A DNA stretch of 64,000 nt, taken from the NCBI RefSeq assembly GCF_006345805.1, contig NC_043007.1, forward strand, positions 15,438,001 to 15,502,000. Direction: 5' to 3'. Made by a program: the position numbers and the translations under genes. Below are positions 24,620 to 36,838 of this stretch, piece by piece. Source of the stretch: Octopus sinensis. Lineage: Eukaryota. Each line of letters starts with the position of its first letter. Position 1 is the stretch's first letter. Below the pieces are notes generated by a model, which was given only the letters and a program-made list of their open reading frames with translations, made no database searches and had not been told where the DNA came from.

Positions 24620-25960
24620 TTCTCGTTCTGCATTTTTATTTGAGTCGTTGCTGAGAACACTTCCCTTAGGTATGTTTCAAGGAATCGAACCAAAAATTTT
24701 AGATCTTCATCGATTAAATTTTACATTTCAGTCACTTTACTGAATACCATAACTATAAATTCAAAAATCTAATGTACTGAATGATAATATCATTCAGTAC
24801 ATAGATTTTTGAATTCGAGGCCAGGTCAACGTTTAACTATAAGTTTAGTTTTTGGTCCATTAGGAATATTGCATGCATCAATAGCTACTTGAAATGAATT
24901 TAATATCGAGGTCGATAAGTGTCTTATAATCCTCTTCAGGAAAGTTCATTTCCGTATTAAATTTTAAGACCAATTTTATCCATGATATTATCTATGTTGC
25001 TGAGATAATCTGCAACATCTGTATAATATATGTCTGTACGTGAGGAAAATTGAGAAACGTTGATTTCTCGACATTTTTCAATGCCTTAACAGATCCTGAC
25101 ATTTTAGGATTTGATTTCTTCATATAGTCAGTTACGTTCTGAGTTCAAATTCCGCATAATTCGACTTTGCCTTTCATCCTTTCGGGGTCGATAAATTAAG
25201 TACCAGTCAAGCACTGGGGTCGATGTAATCGACTTAATCCGTTTGTCTGTCCTTGTTTGTCCCCTCCGTGTTTAGCCCCTTGTGGGTAGTAAAGAAATAG
25301 GTATTTCGTCTTATAGTCATTTCCTTGCAGAGACAAGTTCAAATTTCTTAAATATTCACATATAGCAGCCATTTAACCCAATGGGATGATGCCGTCGGTG
25401 ATATCAAAGAATGTCACAAAGCTGGATTTCGTACCAGTGAGAAACGCGTTGATTTCTGTAGAAAACGGGAAAACGCAAGCCAAAACTCTCCTCTAGAGAA
25501 CGCCGAACTAGAGATTGTGGCCACAAAATAGTGTATTCGACATCCGTACCTTCTTCACAAAGCCGCTGATTATCTTAAGTTTTACTTTTGATCATCGTCA
25601 AATTATTCCGCAAACTGTATCCTTTCCTTTTGTATACGTGTTCGTTTCGCAATCAACGCTTCCTTGTTCTAGTGCAGGGTGTGTTAATACAAAGAGAATT
25701 TTTCTCATGCATGCAACTACACATGCTACCGGTTATTGCATAGCCCCCACAAATAGATAGGTTAATATGCTTATCCTTGGGAATTCCGGCTTTCACAAGG
25801 AATTCGTCGATGCTACTGAAAATATTCTTTTCTGTGTTTTCCTGTGGATTGATAATGTTCGACAACATTTTGTATGCCATGAGAAACATAGCACGCACAT
25901 TACAGAGAAATTGTGTACGATTAGTATTGGTAGTGCTTTTATTGATTGTAAACCATAGCA
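24620..25960 (-). pseudogene. Degraded hAT (Buster/SPIN/Charlie-type) transposase
   Basis: Minus-strand translations NIFSSIDEFLVKAGIPKDK, EALIAK, EINAFL, LNLSLQG (25322-25342) and TYLREVFS (24652-24675) occur in the expected order; frameshifts present; interrupted by a SINE. Confidence 0.75.
25131..25311 (+). mobile_element. Circularly permuted single C1 unit with 8-bp TSD, inserted in the hAT remnant
   Basis: Starts GTTACGTTCTGAG, ends AAAGAAATAG-GTATTTCGTCT; TSD TATAGTCA at 25123-25130 and 25312-25319. Confidence 0.88.
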
Positions 25961-26080
25961 CCATGCATTCCGTAACATTTACAAGCTATCATTTATTTTC
26001 TAAACCTTCGCACAAATCATCAGCATTTTATATGTTATCTGCAAGGGTAACATCACATCATTTACCCTCAGTATTCCATA

Positions 26081-26474
26081 TCTTTATATATAAATATGAG
26101 GTTGTGTGTCTGTCTCCTACGATTTAGATTCCTAACTACTCCCACATTTTGCGGTGAAGTGTAACGAAAAGCGGGTATCTTATAGTCGTGATTCATATCG
26201 AGCCCTTCTGGGTATTAGCGCGCGTCTACGATGAGTCTACGATTTAAAAAAAAAATACCATCATTTTTTCTCATTTTTAATGCATTTTTGTGCTATTATA
26301 TAAGGGAAGTAACTCTCTAAAAATGTATTATTAAATCTCAGAACGTAAAAAGCTACAGTAACACCCCCCTTTGTGGTTAGCCATATTGAGATGGCTATTA
26401 TACTTTACATCTCTAAAAATGCTTATATAGTTATTTCCCGTACAAACCCGAGCAATGCCGGGCGATACTGCTAG
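26081..26474 (+). mobile_element. Non-autonomous Helitron
   Basis: 5' TC, 3' CTAG, sits between A and T, no TSD, subterminal hairpin CCCGAGCAATGCCGGG; second copy at 53013-53304. Confidence 0.9.
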
Positions 26475-26899
26475 TTTACAATAAAGATCCCTAGCTGCAA
26501 CGAGAAGGCTTAGCCTAATTATGCTTCCTCTATAATAGCCAATATTATTTAAGAATGACTTTGGTAAATTTTAACGAAGGTGCCAAGAATTCAAGTATAA
26601 AATAAACATCACAAAATACGTTACTTTTAAAAAATGATTCAGCATCTGAATTAAATATGTTAGAGATTTAATTACAAATTGAAAATATTCGGAAATGGAT
26701 TTCAACATTAGAGGAGACATATTCAATATCGCAAGACGGTGACAAAAAATGAAAAAAAACAAAAAAATGAAAAAAATAACACTCGAATAAAGACGTCCAA
26801 TTTTTCTTGATCTTTGAGCAAATACGTACGAACAGCCAGGGAAGTAAATCTCGTTTCTTCTTTTTGCATCGAGGCTGGATTTATCCATCACACATGACT

Positions 26900-27118
26900 A
26901 ATTTTCTAGCGATGAATAAAAGATAGACTTTTTTCTATTCCAAAGAATGCTTTATTCATCGCATTCTCACCTGGAATCGATTTTTGAAAATTTTTCAAGA
27001 CTTATACACGCCCTGACACCGTCAGTATCTACATATCAAATTTGAGCGCCATCGGATGGAGGATAACCGAAATCCTTGAAAACACACACACAGACGGAAC
27101 GGATTTTATATAATAGAT
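26900..27118 (+). mobile_element. Possible Helentron-associated (HINE/DINE-like) fragment
   Basis: 12-bp inverted repeat GCGATGAATAAA/TTTATTCATCGC (26909-26920, 26951-26962), CAAATTTGAG..ATCGG motif, CA/CAGA microsatellite and TTTTATATAATAGAT end; recalled resemblance only. Confidence 0.3.
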
Positions 27119-27319
27119 TATTAACGAAATTTGTCAGCCTTTTTTGCCGTTACATGAACTGATATTACTTTTGTGAACGTTTTGGCGTAGTACAACAAGG
27201 TTTTATATACTCAGTACATAACTTCGTTTGTTTCCTAAAATAACGATAAGGAATATTATTACTTCACGAAGATAGATCTATTATTTACAGACGTTTAGTG
27301 CATCTAGTGAAGTTTATTG

Positions 27320-27551
27320 CATTCTAGTGAAGTTGAACATCTTATCTGGCCACCATACTCCCCAGATCTCAATATTATTGAACCTTTATGGTGCATTTTA
27401 GAAAAACAAGTAAAGAGCCGATATCCTCCACTTTCATCACTACAAGAACTGGGGACTGTTTTAGCTAAAGAATGGACAAAAATTCCTTTAGAAACAATTC
27501 AAACTTCGTACGAGCCCATACCTTGTAGAATTCAAGATGTAATTACTGCCA
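27320..27551 (+). pseudogene. Tc1-like transposase C-terminal fragment, same family as 30787-31957
   Basis: HSSEVEHLIWPPYSPDLNIIEPLWCILEKQVKSRYPPLSSLQELG; nucleotide match to 31652-31881. Confidence 0.9.
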
Positions 27552-28302
27552 CAACACACATGCACACACACGCGAACACACACACACACGCGCAAACACA
27601 CACACACTAACACACCCACTCAGACACACACACACACTCACGCACATCCTGAGGAAATATTGTCTCCAATGCAAATACACCTACAATTCCATGAATACGC
27701 TTATTGTATTAGCTCGGTCAGATACTTAAGATTACATACTGATATCTTGTCTGATTGAGTATGTATAGACGTTATTTCATAGAGAAGTTTATTGTAGGTT
27801 TACAGAATCATTTCTCTCATACAACAATAATTTCATCTTGACACTACTCCATGGCTTACCACTGGGTATAAACATTATAAATGGAATGCAGTGAAATACA
27901 AAAACAAATGATAGAGTAGTTGAGATGGCAGTAGATATAAATTTATGGCAGACACAGATTAAGAAACAAACCATGTAACATTCATTTATTTAGTTGCTTT
28001 TTGTTGTTTTTATTACTTTTACTTCCGTAATATTCGTAAAATATGTCAGTATATCGTGAAAACAGCGGAGTATAAAAGTGTATTTTTTTTCCAAGAAGTC
28101 TCAATATGATATCTTTCTACTCACCCACTTTTTATCATGGCAAATGATATTATCTTATTTTACGAGTTCATCAACATATATGTGTTGTATGTGTGTGTGA
28201 ATGAGTGTGTATGTTTGTATGTGCGTGTATTTAGGCTGCCGCTGGTTTCCTGTTAGCCACCAATGATGCCGTGTTGAGCACTCATTCTCACTGGTCGATA
28301 TT

Positions 28303-28350
<48 letters not shown>

Positions 28351-28830
28351 CACACACACAGACACACACACACGCACACACACACACGCATCTGTGTGTG
28401 ACTATTATTTTGCTCAATCAGGCCTACATTTGTTACATCGTACGATATTTTTTCCTCTTACTTTCACTTTGGCAGATTTTCAGTTTCCTTGGCACTTATA
28501 GACGGACATCCGTAATGGAAACCATCGTCCGAATTAAGTGGAAATATTTAATGCTGACGATTCGAATGTTTGGCCCAAAGCTTCAGACATATTACTTACA
28601 CGAAAAAAAAGAGAAAAAAGTTAGCAAACACCCTTCTTTCTGCATACACACACATATATATACAAATATACTTGTATATATATACTTAAGTATACATATG
28701 TATGTATGAATGTATATAAATATATATATATATATGTATATGATATATATGTATATATATATATGATATATATGTATATACATATGTATATATATATATG
28801 TACATATATATAGTTATATATGTATATATA

Positions 28831-29070
28831 TACACGAGTGGGTACTAAGCTGTTCCTGGATTTGGGTAAAAGATAATACAGGAGGATCAGTTATTTATGA
28901 ATTTATTCAATATGTTCTCCTCTCAAATTCACACACATATTGCAGCGGTCCTTAAGTTTTTTTTAATCACTGTAAAAGAGCTCAGAATCCCTGTAAAAGA
29001 GCTCTGATGGGCCTCAACCAAAATCTTTCGCGGAACACTTGAAGGCAGTAACTTTTCAGCATCGCCTCGT
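28831..29070 (+). mobile_element. Probable mariner-like terminal fragment
   Basis: TA-CACGAGTGGGTACTAAGCTGTTCCTGG start resembles mariner TIRs (recalled pattern); no second TIR found. Confidence 0.35.
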
Positions 29071-29102
29071 TCCCAAACTTATATATTCATTCATACATTA
29101 GA

Positions 29103-29445
29103 GAAGAGAAACTATGCACACTTGTGGAAATTAGCTGCCCATCGGATGTTAACATAAAGCTGGAGATCAGTGAAAGAGAGAACACCCATGCTGAACTATT
29201 GAGAAATCTGCAGTTACTCTATCCAGGTTACATGATCAGGTTTATACCTGCAATTATTGGGGCTCTGGGATATGTACTCCTATCAGCATTTGGGTTGCTT
29301 GATTGGACGTTTGTTGAGAGCCGAGCTATTGATGTGAAAACCCGAAAATTACTAAAAAGCACACGTAATTTCCACATAAACAATGACGTAGACCGCCTCT
29401 GCCTAAAACGAAAACAAGGCGGCAGAGGCTTAACATCGATATGCA
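29103..29445 (+). pseudogene. Scrambled R4/Dong-like LINE fragments: RLE C-terminus fused upstream of RT thumb
   Basis: EISCPSDVNI...IPAIIGALGY (RLE tail) joined in frame to FGLLDW...DVKTRKLL...DVDRLCLKRKQGGRGL (thumb). Confidence 0.75.
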
Positions 29446-29450
29446 GGAGA

Positions 29451-29990
29451 ATACATACATGAAACATGCAACTATGCACATACATACATATATATATATA
29501 CATGCATACATACACACATGAATGCATGCATGCATACATACATACATACATACATACATACATACATACATACATACATACATACATACATACATGCATG
29601 CATGCATACATACATACGTACGTACATATGTACATACATACGTACATACCCTGTTGTTGATGTTGAAATTCCAATGAAGGAACCTTGGATCTAGGTTAAA
29701 AACCGGTTCTTTCTCCATTGCCAAGAAATCTTGAAATAAACTGAATAATGACAAACATACGAACGTAGACACATGACAAACATACATACGTAGTTACATA
29801 CATACATACATTCATACATACATACATACATACATACACATACATACATACATTCATACATACATACATACATACATACATACATACATACATACATACA
29901 TACATACTACATACATACATACATACATACATACATACATACATACATACATACATACATACATACATACATACATACATACATACATAC
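29451..29990. repeat. (CATA)n arrays enclosing a roughly 100-bp unique segment (29652-29753)
   Basis: Two long ACAT arrays, 29451-29650 and 29771-29990. Confidence 0.92.
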
Positions 29991-30742
29991 AAAACATAAA
30001 ATGATTGCATGATTATATAAATGAAGAAGAGAGCAGGTTCGGTCTATATAGATTTTGTAATACATAACGTGACACTCTAATCATATCAGTGATTAATTAA
30101 AACGCTACAGAAAAGAGGACCGACGAAAACTGTACTTTCAAGAAATATTCTTTCTGTTTTGATGTCTAAATTTGCCGATATTCATAATATTCTTTCATGG
30201 AGATGAAGGTATCGATTACATCTTCCATTTCCTATCAAGTTAAGTTTGCTTTCAGAACAACTGTCGAATAAACTTCGTATCAAGTAGAATAATATTACTG
30301 ATAAGAATTGGCGATGAATGAATTATCCATAACTTGCCTCCCAGCAGGTGACTCTCTACTACTTTGCTTAAGTATCCAAATCTCTAGATTCTCAGTTAAT
30401 CAAAACTCAATTTAGATTGTATGACGGGTACGCGGCACTTTAGGTCTGATTCAACGCTGACTTATTTAAATCGGACGTTTTCATGTTTCTCTCGTTTGAA
30501 TGTTCCCCTCGTTTTCTTAACCCTTACTTTCTCTTCCTCGGTTAATGTGTGTGAGCTTCTTTCTCTTTGGGTATGAAGAGAAATAAACTGTTCAGGTCAA
30601 TAATGTTCAGTTAATTAATCGTAATTTCTGTCCCCTTGCTCTCTCACACTTTCCATCTGTATCTGTATATCTCTGAGCGTACATATGTGCGTCTCTCTCT
30701 GTCTCTCTCTACCCCTCCCCCTCTCTCTCTCTCTCTCTCTGT

Positions 30743-30786
<44 letters not shown>

Positions 30787-31957
30787 TAGGGTTGGACAAA
30801 ATAATGGAAACACTTAGCATTATAAATTACTGTTTTCTTTTCAGGTATCATCAGAAAAAGGTAATTAAAATTAATTAAAATGACAGATCTATCGAACTTT
30901 CAAAGCGGTCAAATTGTTGGTGCTCGTATGACAGGCGCTAGCGTAACGAAAACAGCCGAAATGTTTGGTGTATCGATAAGTACTGTATCGAACGTAATGA
31001 CAGCCTTTAAGAAAGAGGGAAAAACCTCCTAGTCGAAACAAAACTCCGGAAGAAAAAAAAAGTTTTCAGATAGGGACCGTCAGACTCTTACGCGAATTGT
31101 TAGAAAAGATTACAAAAGTACAGCTCCAAAAATTACTGTAGAGCTTAATGACCACCTCGAGAACTCAGTTTCCACAAAAAGTGTTTGCCGGGAGCTGCAC
31201 AAAGCCGAATTTCAAGGGAAGGCAGGAATCTGAAAACCCCTACTTCCAAAAACAAACGTAGAATGCAGTAAAAAAAACCCTACAAAATTGGCCCCTCGAG
31301 TAGTGGAAGAATCTTATTTTCTCGGACGAGTCATCCTTTACATTATTTCCGACCACCGGACGAGTATACGTGCGGAGACAGCCAAAACAACCATTTCACC
31401 CAGAATGCCTTCTTCCAAATACTAAAAATGGAAGGGGATTTGTTATGATTTGGGGGATGGCTACATCTCGGAAATCCGCCGGCCCAATGGTGTCGCTTCA
31501 TGGTAGAATTAATAGTCAAGACAATTTCAGCATTTTATCTCATCAAATTCATCCTATGGTTGGGGAACTGTTTCCGGAGAGAATCACAATCTTTCAGGAT
31601 GATAATGCACCAATTCATACAGCTAAAGTTGTTCCTGAATGGCACGAGAAACATTCTAGTGAAGTTGAACTTCTTATCTGGCCACCACAGTCCCTAGATA
31701 TCAATATTATTGAACATTTATGTTGCATTTTAGAAAAACAATTAAGGAATCGATATCCTCCACTATCATCACTACAAGAAGTGGGGACTGTTTTGACTAA
31801 AGAATAGATATAAATTCTTTTAGAAACAATTCAAACTATGTACGAGTCCATACCTTGTAAAATTCAAGCTGTATTTACTGCCAAAGGCGGTCCTACCCCA
31901 TATTAAAATAATTTGCTTGAAATTTTAAGGTGTTTTCGTTATTTTGTCCAACTCCTG
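30787..31957 (+). mobile_element. Full-length, decayed Tc1-like DNA transposon with DD36E spacing (Incomer-like)
   Basis: TIRs TAGGGTTGGACAAAATAATGGAAACAC (30787-30813) and GTGTTTTCGTTATTTTGTCCAACTCCTG ending at 31957 before TA; about 1.17 kb. Confidence 0.93.
30880..31906 (+). pseudogene. Tc1-like transposase pseudogene
   Basis: MTDLSNFQSGQIVGARMTGASVTKTAEMFGVS start, SDESSF, FQDDNAPIH, WPPQSLDINIIE, KGGPTPY* end; internal stops and frameshifts. Confidence 0.93.
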
Positions 31958-32619
31958 TATGTATGTATGGATATATATGTGTGTATGTGCGCGTGTGTAA
32001 ATATACACACGCATAGTGTATATGTATGCGTATGTGTGTACGTGTGTCTGTGTGTATGTGTCCAGTACCAAAATGTACTATCGCCTAGACAAGCTGAATA
32101 TCCAGTCAGCCGATTTAAATCACCTACAACCAAACAGCTGCGGTCAACCTTCTCATTCCTATGCGAAAACTCTTCAACGTTCCGCCGCCTCCATTCAGAT
32201 AATAAGCAAAAGGAAACAACAGACCGGCAAGTGAAATTTTCAAGTAGCTGCAACATAATTGGAAAAATTTCACTTTCCCGTGGTTTATTATCGAGGACAT
32301 ATGGCTGTAATGTGTACTTATAAAGGTACATTTGTATGGTAGCTGTGGAAGATAATGTAAGAAAATTAGGAAGGGAGGGAGAGAGACAAATCAAAGATAG
32401 AGAGGGAGTACCATTAGATTGCGTGTGCTGTTCTGGTGTATTGGTATATAATTTAATTGATAATATATATATAATATATATATATATACATACACATACA
32501 CACACACACATATATATATAATATATATATGCATATATATATATAAATATAATATTAATTAAATACGTACAACAACTTAATATGTCTAACTTAATAGCAA
32601 AACCTTGCTAATATATATA

Positions 32620-32676
<57 letters not shown>

Positions 32677-32685
32677 ATATATTAT

Positions 32686-32749
32686 GTTAGCCAGGTGGTG
32701 CTAGTAAGTTAGACATGGCCTGGACCAATACTGATCGAAACCTATCAAA

Positions 32750-32752
<3 letters not shown>
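32686..32752 (+). mobile_element. Roughly 65-bp 3' tail of the CR1/L2-group LINE inside (TA)n
   Basis: CAGGTGGTGCTAGTAAGTTAGACATGGCCTGGACCAATACTGATCGAAAC matches the reverse complement of 19305-19358. Confidence 0.85.
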
Positions 32753-32791
<39 letters not shown>

Positions 32792-32811
32792 TATACACAT
32801 GTGTGTGTATG

Positions 32812-32879
<68 letters not shown>

Positions 32880-33248
32880 TGTATATACAATCTCACCAAG
32901 AGTAAACAACAGGAAGTACGAAAACAAATGATTTCAATACGCAAACAACGAGAGAAACAAATGGAGAACAAGCCAAGTAACATTAAGAACCACTCTTCAT
33001 GGGTTGTCAATTGTCAATCTACTCCTCATTTCGATCATTGAATGACACCGTGAGTTTTAGAAGACAGTTGCTGCCATAAGTACCAAAATAAAATTTGGGA
33101 TTTATGGAGAGTCAAAATTGGGAACAAAAACAGGACAATGGAGACATACAAGGAAACCGAACGAAAACAAATATGGAGGGTCGTTAGACCAGTACCAGGG
33201 TAAAATAGCGAACGCTGGAGAAATATCTTCTTTGACAAGAGGAAAGAT

Positions 33249-33293
<45 letters not shown>

Positions 33294-33513
33294 TAGGATA
33301 CGTCCAGTCTTTAGGACAGTCCTGAAAGGAGGGAATAATGATCACGTGAGGAAAAGAAAGAAGAACGATGGTCACGTGTGAGCACGAGAGAGAGAATAGG
33401 AGAAAGAGCGGGGACAGAGAGACAGATAGTAGATGATGAAGGGGAGATAAAAGGTAATAAGAGAAAGGATGGGAGAGAAAGCTATGGGGAAGTAAAACAG
33501 TATATATATATAT

Positions 33514-33576
33514 AGCCAAGTGATGCTATTAAGTTAGACATGGCCTGGACCAATACTGGCCGAAATCTATCAAAGT
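33514..33576 (+). mobile_element. Another short 3' tail of the same LINE next to (TA)n
   Basis: GCCAAGTGATGCTATTAAGTTAGACATGGCCTGGACCAATACTGGCCGAAATCTATCAAAG. Confidence 0.85.
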
Positions 33577-33640
33577 ATATATGTACATTGATACACAATA
33601 CACACGCACATACACACGTGCATATATGTGCATGTGTGTC

Positions 33641-33857
33641 GAGCTGGCAGAATCGTTAGCACGTCGGGCGAAATGCCGAGCGGTATTTCGTCTGAGTTCA
33701 ATTTCCGCCGAGGTCGACTTTGCCTTTCATCCTTTCGGGGTCGATAAATTAAGTACCAGTTACGCACTGGGGTCGATGTAATCGACTTAATACCTATGTC
33801 TGTCCTTGTTTGTCCCCTCTCTGTTTAGCCCCTTGTGGGTAATAAAGAAATAGGTAT
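33641..33857 (+). mobile_element. Family C1 SINE monomer
   Basis: GAGCTGGCAGAATCG head, short internal deletion, ends AAAGAAATAGGTATT. Confidence 0.92.
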
Positions 33858-34045
33858 TCATCCATGTGTGTAAATTTGTTATTCTGTGCAGATATTTTAT
33901 TCATTCGCTATAGAGAACCATGTCGCAAGGCAGAATACTTTGAGCTAAGAATAAATAAATACGTGACTCAGTTTACGCTTTAAAAAATTAATGTTAGAAA
34001 TGTGTTGTTTTCAGAAAACAGAGTGAGGTTCCTATGGTATAACAC

Positions 34046-34487
<442 letters not shown>

Positions 34488-34868
34488 TCTGTATGGACAG
34501 GGACTTGATAATTTTATCAAATCGTTTATAAATGATTCTATAAATGATTTGTCACAAACATATTACGATTTCATTAGCTCAACTGGTGCTGTACATATGT
34601 GTGTATGTGTGTATGTGTATTTGTGTGTGTGTGTGTGTGTGTTTATATGTGTGTCGGTGCGTGTGCGTGCGTGTGTGCGTGTTTATCATATTGTCATTGC
34701 TTTTCTGAAAAACCCACATTTCTAGCAGCCATTTTCTCAGCCCAAACAGAAGCATGCGTTTGTTTCTTCTCAGCTCTGCGTGTTTTGACTTTCGACATGC
34801 TTCTCAGTAATAAATGAATAATACATCCGCATGAAACACACAGCTATACACATATATACATATACACA

Positions 34869-34930
<62 letters not shown>

Positions 34931-34953
34931 TAGATAGATAGATAGATAGATAG

Positions 34954-34995
<42 letters not shown>

Positions 34996-36319
34996 TGCAT
35001 ACAAACATATATACATACATAGATTCATACACACGTACGTACATACATACATAGACAATGAGCAAGAGAAGTATAGTTTGAGAGAAAAATGCGTATTTAT
35101 ATTTGATGCTGATTTTTGCATATATGTGATTATAAGTGAATTCACTGACTGCATTTATGTAATTAGAGAAACTGATGATGAAGATTCATGGAAGATTTAT
35201 ACTCCTTCTTAATTAAATTTCCCTGTGCAGAAACAAATCTAATTTGATTCATAGCTTTGCATATATTAATACTAATTTGGCTTTATTTAAATTATCGCAT
35301 CGAAAATTTATACGCATCTCCATCATCTTCTACGTACAAATACGTGCGCACGCCGCTTCGTTTGTTTACATTTTGTGAGTCTATTTGCTTACGTGCGGCC
35401 AGATAATAAGCATGCAGCGTTATGAGGTGGAAGTTTTATGCATAGACATGGGATCTATTAATAGTTCAGATGTATATAAATACAATAGATGCGTTTATTT
35501 TTACTCCTCTTATTATTATTATTATTATTATTATCATTCACAGAAATCCTGATTAAAAGTTTGCAGATAAAAATAAATTACAGTGATTTGATTTTCCATA
35601 AGGTGTGAATAACCAACGATTTGATCATTTGTCTTTCTTCGACAGAAACAAAAATAAACATAATTAAAAGCCAAATATCAAACAAGCGAATGATAAACTC
35701 GAGGTCAGTGTAGATGGAGAAGTGAGAGGTAGAGGACAATGTAACTCACGCTTTCTCTTTTGCTCTACCCTTCTGTCCCATCGCTGATCTTTCGATCCTC
35801 TGGCGGTTCTTAGCATCCGATCTATAAGCCTCCATCTTTTAAAAGTGCTATTGTATTATGTTTTGTAAAAGTACGATAAATAGGACAATTTGTTGAACTT
35901 TGATAAACAGCTCACTTCTCTATAAAGAAAAAAATATCGGAGAATTTCATACAAATTGGATTAGAGCCATCTAATTATTGAACAATTAATGAAAAAGCAT
36001 GTGAAATAATAAGAAAGCCAACTATAACAGCCATCTGATTAAATAAAGCAGAAAATTGTGATTTATTGAATGCCGAAATGAATCAGGCCCCAGCGGAATT
36101 TGAATGCAGAGTGCAAAGTGTCGGAACAAGTACGACATGAAGGCCTGTTCAGCACTATTAGTTCAGCCAGTCTGTTGATGTTGATTGATACTTTATCGAT
36201 TTCAGAAATATGATAGCAAAACTTGACTTCGAGAATATTTCAATTAGCTCAGATCACAAACCCTCGATTGCTCACTTCTCACGACAAAACATCTTATTAA
36301 AAGTCTTTTATTTATATGT

Positions 36320-36321
<2 letters not shown>

Positions 36322-36377
<56 letters not shown>

Positions 36378-36836
36378 GGTTCCCTTTCATTATAACTTTA
36401 TTTCAGCTGCCTTAGTACCGGGCATCTTCCGGAGGCCAAGAGTAGCAAGGGCAATTTTGTTTTGCTATGTATCTAAAATTATCACTACATTCACTCCATT
36501 TTAGATAGAGAGTGCTTTCCGTAGTATATGGGCTATACCCATCAAGGGTATCTTTTGTGGTTCACGGACATTAGAGACAGCTCCCTATTTTATCATTCCC
36601 AGCGCACCATTTACTACTGGTATTATCGTAGTACTAAGTTTCTACATTTTTGTGATTTCAATTTGCAGATCTTTATAGTGAGAAAGTTTTTCGTATTCTT
36701 TTCTTGAGACATTTTGAAATGGTGGGACAGACATATCTATTAAGAGACAAGATCCTCTGCTGTAATCACTGATCACAATGTCTGGTCGATTACAGTCAGC
36801 TTTTCTGTCTGTTTGTATTGGAAAGTTCCAAATGAT
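36322..36836 (-). pseudogene. 3' end of a Dong/R4-type LINE (RLE endonuclease, 3' UTR, (TAA)n tail)
   Basis: Minus-strand IIWNFPIQTDRKADCNRPDIVI...LIDMSVP...EKLSHYKDLQIEI...IIPVVNGALG...LMGIAHILRKALSI*, then a (TAA)n array at 36322-36377. Confidence 0.85.
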
Positions 36837-36838
36837 GG

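Noticed and set aside
32886-33250. Purine-rich segment after (TA)n with a minus-strand TCAT/ATGA-TC-GAAA hairpin
   Set aside because: It may be a decayed Penelope-like end, but the core differs at several positions and there is no second copy to support it.
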